Positions 1 to 6,826 of a stretch of DNA of 58,991 nucleotides are shown here, one piece after another (positions within the stretch are counted from its first letter, which is position 1; each line of letters opens with the position of its first letter). The stretch is from positions 1 through 58,991 of IMG/VR virus record IMGVR_UViG_3300036862_000046; one strand, given 5' to 3'. The notes beneath the pieces were generated by a model that worked only from the letters and a program-made list of their open reading frames with translations, was not told the origin of the DNA and did not search any database. The position numbers and the translations under genes were made by a program. This DNA is from a virus. Lineage: Duplodnaviria > Caudoviricetes.

Positions 1-127
1 TACGCCGACGTCCTCGAGTCCCGGTCCTCGGCCGCGGCTCTCGAGGTCCTGGAGCGACCGTGACCCGCAGGCCTCTCCCGATCCGGGTCGCGGCTGTGAT
101 CGTTTACGGCCTCACGTTCTACTTCGC
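1..127. repeat. Terminal direct repeat, copy 1 (circular overlap)
   Basis: Identical to 58865-58991; contains the end of the thymidylate-synthase-like gene, so the contig closes in frame. Confidence 0.95.
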
Positions 128-203
128 CTGGTCGTGGGCTAGTACCTGCCTCTCCGAGGCCGAGGCGCGGCGGATCTTCCTTCACGACCTGAATACCCCG
201 TGA
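60..203 (+). CDS. Small membrane protein (47 aa)
   Basis: GTG overlaps the TS-like stop (GTGA); hydrophobic VAAVIVYGLTFYFAWSWA; stop overlaps next start. Confidence 0.55.
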   Translation: MTRRPLPIRVAAVIVYGLTFYFAWSWASTCLSEAEARRIFLHDLNTP

Positions 204-571
204 GCTGGCGCAGGGTCCACCAGGCGCACGACCGGTTGAGGGCGCGGTACTTCCTTCACGCCGAGGAGCCGCTGCGCGTGCCGCCTGTAGCCTCGGACCT
301 CATCTGGTACTGGCTCCCGTCCGGGTCACCCTGGCACGCCTGCACTGAGTTCGACGAGGAGCACGACGCCTTCTCGGTCGGCCTGAACGTCGACCTCCGC
401 AGATCCTGGGGCTTCCTCGTCACGTCCCTGCTCCACGAGCTGACGCACATGCGGGTCTACTCCGTCGCGCCGGGCCAGGTGTGCGGGCACGGGCGAGGCC
501 GTCCGATCCGGAGCCGGATCTGGCGGGCCGAGACGGCTCGTCTGGCGTGCCTCGGCGCCCCTATTCTGTAG
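200..571 (+). CDS. SprT-like HEXXH zinc metalloprotease-like protein
   Basis: TSLLHELTHM motif followed by CGH. Confidence 0.65.
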   Translation: MSWRRVHQAHDRLRARYFLHAEEPLRVPPVASDLIWYWLPSGSPWHACTEFDEEHDAFSVGLNVDLRRSWGFLVTSLLHELTHMRVYSVAPGQVCGHGRGRPIRSRIWRAETARLACLGAPIL

Positions 572-579
572 GAATATTG

Positions 580-599
580 CCTAGAAACTCTAGGACTTA
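580..599. promoter_or_regulatory. Palindromic operator-like site CCTAGA-N3-TCTAGG
   Basis: Perfect inverted repeat; second copy at 4985-4999; upstream of early promoter. Confidence 0.45.
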
Positions 600-621
600 C
601 GGGCACAGACTCATTTTCTTG

Positions 622-650
622 TGTACATGGGTTCTCAACGGTGGTAAGAT
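622..650 (+). promoter_or_regulatory. Sigma70-type early promoter, leaderless
   Basis: TGTACA-17 bp-TAAGAT with extended -10 TG; ATG at 658; no SD. Confidence 0.7.
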
Positions 651-657
651 TCCTCTC

Positions 658-849
658 ATGAGCAACCAAGCTAAGATGGTCGAAGAGACACTGACTGACG
701 GCTCCAAGATGTACGACGTGATTCTCACGCCCGACCAACAGCCGGGCGATCCAGGACGGCGCATCCGCATCGCCATGCCGACTGAGCGGGAGGCCCGCGA
801 GCTTCAGGACTCGCTCAACGAGGCCGTCTCGGTTGTGGACCTCGGCTAA
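658..849 (+). CDS. Hypothetical early protein (MSNQAK...)
   Basis: ATG at predicted TSS; within ORF 481..849. Confidence 0.65.
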   Translation: MSNQAKMVEETLTDGSKMYDVILTPDQQPGDPGRRIRIAMPTEREARELQDSLNEAVSVVDLG

Positions 850-1091
850 TGACGACCCAAGGCTGGGACGACGGCGCGGTGGACGCCTGGTACCGCGGGC
901 CGGACTCCGATGAGCCGGAGAATGCCGGTCACATCTTCGAGGACGACGAGGAGGACGACATGGAACTGCCGATCCTGGACGAGGGCTGCGCGTGGTGCGG
1001 AGATACGATCCCGCCATCCACGCACGAAGGCCCTCCATCCTTGCTATTCTGCTCCTCCGAGTGTGCGCTCTCGGACGCCGGGCTGCTCTGA
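849..1091 (+). CDS. Acidic protein with CxxC..FCSxxC zinc finger
   Basis: CAWC...FCSSEC; coupled start. Confidence 0.6.
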   Translation: MTTQGWDDGAVDAWYRGPDSDEPENAGHIFEDDEEDDMELPILDEGCAWCGDTIPPSTHEGPPSLLFCSSECALSDAGLL

Positions 1092-1234
1092 TGAAAGCCC
1101 GGCTGGAGTTCCCCAAGACCCTTCGCCTCCGTCGCCCGAAGACGGCGCCGGCGCCACACGCGACCTGGACGCCAGACGGTAACCTCGCGGCGAAGGCTCA
1201 GCACGAGCGCGCCGCGGCGAGGAGGACGAAGTGA
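1091..1234 (+). CDS. Small basic hypothetical protein
   Basis: TGATG coupling; MKARLEFPK... Confidence 0.45.
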   Translation: MKARLEFPKTLRLRRPKTAPAPHATWTPDGNLAAKAQHERAAARRTK

Positions 1235-1347
1235 CGATCCTCCTGTTCCTCTTCTGGGGCCTCGCATGCTTCGTCGCCGGCGCCGCGTGGCATCGGGCGG
1301 GCGTAGCCAGGGACCGGCGCGGCAACGCCATGACTTACACCTACTGA
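1231..1347 (+). CDS. Small membrane protein (38 aa)
   Basis: GTGA overlap; TILLFLFWGLACFVAGAAW. Confidence 0.45.
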   Translation: MTILLFLFWGLACFVAGAAWHRAGVARDRRGNAMTYTY

Positions 1348-1351
1348 GGAT

Positions 1352-1380
1352 TGGACACCCCGAGCATTTCGAGGTACGAT
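1352..1380 (+). promoter_or_regulatory. Sigma70-type early promoter, leaderless
   Basis: TGGACA-17 bp-TACGAT; ATG at 1388. Confidence 0.6.
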
Positions 1381-1387
1381 CTTTCTC

Positions 1388-1834
1388 ATGAGAAACGCCT
1401 TCGCTTTCACGCTCCTCACTCTGACCCTCGCGGCGACCGCTTACGCGGAGGTCAAGGTCGTCGACCCCGCTCTCCGGGAGGCCATCTCCTCCGCCCTGGT
1501 CGACGCCGGCAAGCTGGTAGACGACGAGAAGTGCGCCGTGACCTTCGGCAAGGACAAGCGGGTCACGGCAGCTCATCTCGCGGAACTCAACTGGTTCGAC
1601 GCGACCGAGTACCCTGGTGACCCCTGCGGCGGTGCTCGAGGGCTCTACGCCTTCACGCAGGTAGGGGCCAGAGCGGTCGCGGTCTGCCCGGGCGTCTTCC
1701 TGGCCGCGGACTCCCCGCGCCGCGCGGTCGTCCTCCTCCACGAGGCGTTCCACACGGTGGGACTGAGAGAGCGGGACGACGCCGACTCGCGGAGAATCAC
1801 CGAGAAGATCCTGAGGACCTGCCGTAAACCCTAG
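1388..1834 (+). CDS. Secreted HEXXH metallopeptidase-like protein
   Basis: Signal peptide ending AYA-E; VLLHEAFHTVG; four Cys. Confidence 0.7.
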   Translation: MRNAFAFTLLTLTLAATAYAEVKVVDPALREAISSALVDAGKLVDDEKCAVTFGKDKRVTAAHLAELNWFDATEYPGDPCGGARGLYAFTQVGARAVAVCPGVFLAADSPRRAVVLLHEAFHTVGLRERDDADSRRITEKILRTCRKP

Positions 1835-1855
1835 AGCCGTAAGACACTATTCTTG

Positions 1856-1884
1856 TGGACACGTCTCAAGAAGGGTGGTAAGAT
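1856..1884 (+). promoter_or_regulatory. Sigma70-type early promoter, leaderless
   Basis: TGGACA-17 bp-TAAGAT; ATG at 1891. Confidence 0.7.
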
Positions 1885-1890
1885 CTTCTC

Positions 1891-2100
1891 ATGAGCAACG
1901 AAGCCAACACGGCCCGCCCGACCTACCACCGCTGCTGCATCTGCCGAACGGTCCAGGTCCCCGGCGCCACGACGCGAGTTCACGAGTCGGTCCTCGGGAT
2001 CTCCAAGGAGACCCCGTTCTCCTGGCCGACCGCCGGGATCTCCGACGGGCTCTGTCCCGACCCGGTCTGCAAGACGCGTCTCCTCTCGGGGAATTTCTGA
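1891..2100 (+). CDS. Small Cys-rich protein (MSNEAN...)
   Basis: CCIC...SDGLCPDPVC. Confidence 0.65.
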   Translation: MSNEANTARPTYHRCCICRTVQVPGATTRVHESVLGISKETPFSWPTAGISDGLCPDPVCKTRLLSGNF

Positions 2101-2378
2101 TGCCGGGCGGATGGGACGAACAGGAGGCAGCCATCGTGAGCGAAAAGAACGAGTATCGGCCGATCTCTCACGCGACCATCGTGACGAAGCGCGCCGACCG
2201 ACGGATCATGGGCGGATCGGGCGTCCGGGTCAACCTATGCGGAGCGGCTCCGACTATCTATGACGTCCTTATCCGGAACTTCCAGCGCCTCGCCCATCCC
2301 TGCCCAGAGTGTGCGCGTCTCGTCTCTAACCTCAACCACGCATCCCGCTTCGGCGCCGGTACGAGGTATTCCAAATGA
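2100..2378 (+). CDS. Hypothetical protein
   Basis: TGATG coupling (alternative GTG start ~2137); LCG..CPEC. Confidence 0.5.
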   Translation: MPGGWDEQEAAIVSEKNEYRPISHATIVTKRADRRIMGGSGVRVNLCGAAPTIYDVLIRNFQRLAHPCPECARLVSNLNHASRFGAGTRYSK

Positions 2379-2596
2379 CCCCCGACGGCCTCTTCCGCCT
2401 CAGCGTCCGACACCCGGACTACTCCCTGCAGATGCGCGGCCGGGACTTCGAGGCCGAACGTTTCGAGGACGCGCGCCGCCTGGCGCTGATCATCGCGGAC
2501 GTGAGACGCGGAGCCGTGGTCTTCGTCGAGCAGTACGGCAAACACGTGTGGGCCTCCGACGGGCGAACCTGCCCGGCCGCGCCCGAGGAGTTCTGA
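2375..2596 (+). CDS. Hypothetical protein
   Basis: ATGA overlap, GC3-rich codons. Confidence 0.55.
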   Translation: MTPDGLFRLSVRHPDYSLQMRGRDFEAERFEDARRLALIIADVRRGAVVFVEQYGKHVWASDGRTCPAAPEEF

Positions 2597-2994
2597 TGAC
2601 CGACCTCGCGTTGGCTCTCTGTCCTCACGACCTCGCCTTCGACGACTGCCTCCGGTGCGCGAACCGCCTCCGCGGCGCGCTCGGACTCCGGTCCGTCTGC
2701 TTCGCGTGTGGCCGCGACCGGGACCACGACCAGGACGCGTGCCTCCGGACCTGGCTCGCTGAGATCCGGAAGCTGGCGCCGACCGCGGCACATCGTCCGC
2801 TCCGGGAGTCCGATGTCCCTGGATACGCGCCTCACGTCTGCGCGCCTTGCCTCCGACCGCACATCGGAGACTACTTCGACCGCTTAGGCGACTACCGTCC
2901 GCCCAGTCCACGGGAATGGCGCTGGGATCCCGGACCCTCTGCAGAGGAAAGGAACGAGAGCGTAAACACTGCCATGCGGATGATGCGCAAATGA
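2596..2994 (+). CDS. Cys/His-rich hypothetical protein
   Basis: TGATG coupling; CPH..CLRC, CFAC, CAPC. Confidence 0.55.
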   Translation: MTDLALALCPHDLAFDDCLRCANRLRGALGLRSVCFACGRDRDHDQDACLRTWLAEIRKLAPTAAHRPLRESDVPGYAPHVCAPCLRPHIGDYFDRLGDYRPPSPREWRWDPGPSAEERNESVNTAMRMMRK

Positions 2995-3209
2995 GCCACC
3001 CTCCGCAGCTCGGACCGGGCTTCTGTGCGTACAAGGATACGATCCTCGGTCGGAAGCTCCGGTGCATAGGTAGCCTGCTCGTGGGCCGAGGGTACTTCGT
3101 CTCGGAGCCTCGGGACCTGTACGCGTGCCGGCAGCACGCAGCGCAGCGGCAACGGGTCGGGGCGGGACAGGTCGTGTTCGTTGAAGTTCATCCCGGACGA
3201 TCGGAATGA
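2991..3209 (+). CDS. Hypothetical protein
   Basis: ATGA overlap; C..C..CRQH. Confidence 0.45.
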   Translation: MSHPPQLGPGFCAYKDTILGRKLRCIGSLLVGRGYFVSEPRDLYACRQHAAQRQRVGAGQVVFVEVHPGRSE

Positions 3210-3760
3210 AGGCGTACGCGGTGCTCTTCGCCCTCGCCGTCCTCGTGTCGTGGAAGTCGTTCGACCCGGGTCCGCTCCCGCCCGTCCACGCCCTCCAGGG
3301 ACTAGACCGTGTCCGATACCCGACCAGCTTCAGCCGTAACGTGGCAGCGGGAGTGGGCGGCTGGTCCCTGGAGGACGCGGACTGGGCGGCGGTGACCGCG
3401 ATCGAGGAGGCTCCGCCTGAGGGACGGGTCGCGGTGCTCTGGGTTATCCGGCGTAGGATGCGAGCGTGCGGTTGCAGTGCGGAGGCTGTCGTGCGCGCGG
3501 ACCTCCAGTTTCAACCCTGGCGACAGGGGAGCAAGGTCCGGAGGATGATTCGACGGCTCGCAGTCCCTGACCGGGAGACGCTCGAGGTCGCGGTCCTCGC
3601 GGCGCGAGTTCTCGCCGGCGGGATACCGGACCCCACGGACGGCGCCACGCACTTCCACGCGGAGTGGGCGGAGCCGGCCTGGGCCCCCGCGATGCTCCGG
3701 ACCGCGACGGTGGCAGGAAGCGTCTTCTACAGACGCCCTCCTAAGGCGTTGATCTTCTAG
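3206..3760 (+). CDS. Cell wall hydrolase (SleB/Hydrolase_2 family)
   Basis: EA..EG..AV.WVI..R, QFQPW, DPTDGATHFHA, P.WA, G..VFY; N-terminal hydrophobic anchor. Confidence 0.85.
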   Translation: MKAYAVLFALAVLVSWKSFDPGPLPPVHALQGLDRVRYPTSFSRNVAAGVGGWSLEDADWAAVTAIEEAPPEGRVAVLWVIRRRMRACGCSAEAVVRADLQFQPWRQGSKVRRMIRRLAVPDRETLEVAVLAARVLAGGIPDPTDGATHFHAEWAEPAWAPAMLRTATVAGSVFYRRPPKALIF

Positions 3761-3783
3761 GTACTATTCCTCTCACTTTTTGT

Positions 3784-3813
3784 TGGACACCGTTCTCACG
3801 CCCGTGGTATAGT
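3784..3813 (+). promoter_or_regulatory. Sigma70-type early promoter, leaderless
   Basis: TGGACA-18 bp-TATAGT; ATG at 3820. Confidence 0.6.
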
Positions 3814-3819
3814 TCTCAC

Positions 3820-4982
3820 ATGGAAAATGAAGCCAAGACATACGGACTCCTCCACCCCGACGACGTCCTTCTCTTCCACGAGGTCGCCGCTGCCATGCGC
3901 CGGGTCGCGCGGCGCTACGACCTCGCCCTCGCGGCCGTCACCGGCCACCCGAAGCCGGACTACCGGACTTCGCCCCTCGGTGACTGCTCGAGGGACGGCC
4001 ACATCCGGCTCGTCCTCCGCGGCCAGGCGGCCGGACAGTGGGACGCCGAACCTCGCCGGCCCGAGGACGTATGGGACACCGCGGCCCACGAGCTGGCTCA
4101 CCTCCGCCACCACAACCACGGCGTGGCCTTCCAGGAGTTCGAGGAGGAGATGCGGGAGGCGGTCCGGAACCAGTCCGAGGACCACCGGGAGAAGATCCTT
4201 CGCAAGGTCGTGAAGCTCCAGGCGCAGCGGGACTCCGAGGCCAAACTGGGAAATGCCGAGGCAGCCGAGGCCTTCGCCTCCGCCGTCAACCGGATGCTCC
4301 TGGACTACGAGCTCTCCCCGACGGACGTCGACTACGCCCGAACGGCCGCGGACGACCCGGTCGTCGAGATCGGGGGCAGACCTGGCAGCCTACAAGATCG
4401 AGATGAAGGAGCGACGGGTCGCCTGGCAGGAGTCCCTGGCGCGGGTCGTCGCCTCCTCGCATCTATGTACCTTCCTGATCCGCAGCGGATCCAACCGTAT
4501 CTGGTTCGTCGGGACGCGGTCCCACGCGACGGTGGCGGAGTACGTCTACGGCACCCTCGTCCCCGCGGCACAGGAAGATGGCGGACGACGAGTACGTCAA
4601 GTTCTTCTACGAGTGCCGGGACGCCGGGGACGTGACCCGTGCCCGCGGCTTCCGCCCGGCCTGGCTCGACGCATTCGTAGGCCGGATCGCCGAGCGGTTC
4701 AAGGAGGAGCGCGCCCGCGCGGTCGCCGCCAACCCGTCCCCAGTGGATGCGCCCGGTACCGGTCCCTCCACTGCCCTCCTCCGGCTCGACCAGTCCCTCG
4801 TCAAGGTCCGGGCGTACATAGACGAGAAATTCCAACGGAAGGCGCGGTACTCCTCGGCCCTGAACGGAGGCCGTTCGAGCCACGCTGAAGGCCGCGCGCG
4901 TGGCCGATCCGCCGCGGACCGGATGCAGCTCGGGCGACGCGGGGTCGAGCCGGCCAAGGGCCCACGTGGGCTGCTCTCCTAA
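3820..4982 (+). pseudogene. HEXXH metallopeptidase-like + DUF2786-like protein broken by two frameshifts (or sequence errors)
   Basis: AAHELAH, EKILRKVVKL..AEAFA; protein-like text passes from frame 3820 to 4253 near G5 (4372-4376) and to frame 4578 near 4570. Confidence 0.65.
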
Positions 4983-4999
4983 GTCCTAGATCTTCTAGG
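4980..4999. promoter_or_regulatory. Palindromic operator-like site
   Basis: TAAGTCCTAGA-TCT-TCTAGG; left arm is the reverse complement of 589-599. Confidence 0.45.
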
Positions 5000-5010
5000 T
5001 AATTCTCCTG

Positions 5011-5039
5011 TGTACATGCTCTCAGATAGGTGGTAAGAT
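5011..5039 (+). promoter_or_regulatory. Sigma70-type early promoter, leaderless
   Basis: TGTACA-17 bp-TAAGAT; ATG at 5046. Confidence 0.7.
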
Positions 5040-5045
5040 CCTCTC

Positions 5046-5309
5046 ATGAGCAACGAAGCCAAGACGACCGAGATCAAGACGAAGCTCGAAGTAGCAGGTG
5101 AGCCGGTTACCAGGATGACAGCCCTGACCTTGGTCGTCGGAGAAGCCATCCAGAAACTCGGAGAGATCCCGTCCGGTCATCTCTACGCCGCGGTCATGTC
5201 GCGGATCGATCTGGAGACCTACGAGAAGATCATCACGGCCCTCGTCGCCGCGAAACGGGTTCGACGGGACAGGTCACATCTCCTTACCTGGGTCGGGGTG
5301 TCCGCGTGA
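5046..5309 (+). CDS. Winged-helix-like small protein (MSNEAK...)
   Basis: IPSGHLYA..M..IDLETYEKII.ALV..LLTWVG pattern. Confidence 0.65.
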   Translation: MSNEAKTTEIKTKLEVAGEPVTRMTALTLVVGEAIQKLGEIPSGHLYAAVMSRIDLETYEKIITALVAAKRVRRDRSHLLTWVGVSA

Positions 5310-5914
5310 GCGACCTCTGGGTCAGAGCTAAGAAGCCCGCGGCGCCGGACCCGTCGGTTCTCCGTACCGGTCAGCTGCTGCGAGGCGGGTTCGTCGGCGA
5401 GGTCTGGCAGGTCGAGCACGTCACGGACTGCAGCGCGAAGGTCCGGCAGGTCCTGGGGCGGCACCAGGGTACGACGACGACCTGGGCGCCGTCCTCCGTC
5501 GGTCACCGGTTCGTGACTCCCGAGGAGCTGGAGACGCTGCGGGCGGAGAAGGTGGACGCGAAGGCGACGGACCGGGACGAGACCAGGTGTCTGAGCTGCT
5601 GGCCCGGTGAGACGTCGCACCCGCTCCAGGAGACGGAGGAGTGGTTGGCCCCGGGCCGTGACCCGTTCTGTCCCGACCACCGGGCCTCCGAGGAGACGCT
5701 TCAGAAGGTGGAGCTGGCCGCGACGAGGAAGCGGGTCGTCGAGACACCGGCCGATGTCAAGCGCGTCCTCGAGCTTCGGGCCGGTGGCATGGCCTACCAC
5801 CTGATCGAGCGGGAGATGGGCTGGCCCGACAAGAAGGGCGGGCGGCCGTACAAGATCTGCAAGAACGCGGGGAAGCCGGCTCCGGGTATCCGGCCTAACG
5901 GGAGGAAGTCATGA
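5306..5914 (+). CDS. Hypothetical protein with zinc finger and C-terminal HTH-like domain
   Basis: CLSC..CPDH; VLELRAGGMAYHLIEREMGWPD. Confidence 0.6.
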   Translation: MSDLWVRAKKPAAPDPSVLRTGQLLRGGFVGEVWQVEHVTDCSAKVRQVLGRHQGTTTTWAPSSVGHRFVTPEELETLRAEKVDAKATDRDETRCLSCWPGETSHPLQETEEWLAPGRDPFCPDHRASEETLQKVELAATRKRVVETPADVKRVLELRAGGMAYHLIEREMGWPDKKGGRPYKICKNAGKPAPGIRPNGRKS

Positions 5915-6105
5915 GCGAACGAACGTGCCACGCCGAGTGCGCCGCGAGGAAGTACTGCGCCGTCCGTCACCGCGAGGTCTGCAAGACCTGGCACGAGGCC
6001 CGGAAGACAGGCGCCGCGACCGCGGAGCAGCTCTCCCAGCAGAAGCGCCTGGCCAAGAACGAGAAGGAGCGCGCCCGTCGCGCCGCCAAGAAGGTCGCCT
6101 CGTGA
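5911..6105 (+). CDS. Small basic Cys/His protein
   Basis: ATGA overlap; CHAEC..C..H..C. Confidence 0.5.
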   Translation: MSERTCHAECAARKYCAVRHREVCKTWHEARKTGAATAEQLSQQKRLAKNEKERARRAAKKVAS

Positions 6106-6407
6106 CCCTCGACCCGGTCGTCCGGGAGTACATCCTGGCCCGACACCTCGTCGACGACCAGAACCCCAGGGTCTTCGACGTCGGAGGGGCACGTCTGAAC
6201 ACCACGGAGTTCAGCGCCTACGTCCTGAAGCGTTACCCGGAACTGCGTCTCAGTCTCCAGACCATGATCACGCAGATCAGTGGCGTCCTCATCTCAGCTG
6301 GGCGTCGTGCTAAGGCCGCGTCGTACTCTCGCCAAGGAGAGACTAGGGGGAAGATCGGCCTGGGTCAGGCCATTAAGCACCCGAGTCTCTACGGCCGGAA
6401 GCTGTGA
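6102..6407 (+). CDS. Hypothetical protein
   Basis: GTGA overlap at 6102 within ORF 5925..6407. Confidence 0.5.
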   Translation: MTLDPVVREYILARHLVDDQNPRVFDVGGARLNTTEFSAYVLKRYPELRLSLQTMITQISGVLISAGRRAKAASYSRQGETRGKIGLGQAIKHPSLYGRKL

Positions 6408-6826
6408 GACCTCTGTTGGTCGGAGAGGTCAGCCCCTACTCCGACCAGTACGAGGACGCCCTGGCCCTCGAGCCGCGCGGGGCGTCGGGGAACCGTCTGC
6501 GGCTGCTCCTCGGCATGACGGACGAGGAGTACCTCGCCGGGTTCACCCGGACCAACCTGTGCCGACGGGTCTGGGACAAGGGACAAGCCAGAGAGCGCGC
6601 CTGGAAGCTGCGGACGGCGTACGACGGCCGGTTCATCCTTCTCGGGCGTAAGGTCGCCGCGAGCTTCGATCTCGCCTATCAGCCGTTCGTCACGAACGGG
6701 AGATTCCTCGTTCTCCCTCACCCGTCCGGCCTCAACCAGAGCCTCGACGCCGCGGGCGTGAGGTCGCTCCTGAGAGCCGTGGTCCGTGGTATGATAGAGC
6801 AGGAAACAGGAGGAACTATTGCCTAA
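6404..6826 (+). CDS. Uracil-DNA glycosylase-superfamily-like protein
   Basis: LLVGE..P, SG.RL, N, ILLGRKVA, LPHPSGLN motifs. Confidence 0.65.
   Translation: MRPLLVGEVSPYSDQYEDALALEPRGASGNRLRLLLGMTDEEYLAGFTRTNLCRRVWDKGQARERAWKLRTAYDGRFILLGRKVAASFDLAYQPFVTNGRFLVLPHPSGLNQSLDAAGVRSLLRAVVRGMIEQETGGTIA

Noticed and set aside
1-127. True virion terminal repeat
   Set aside because: 127 bp matches a common assembler k-mer and falls mid-gene; treated as circular overlap
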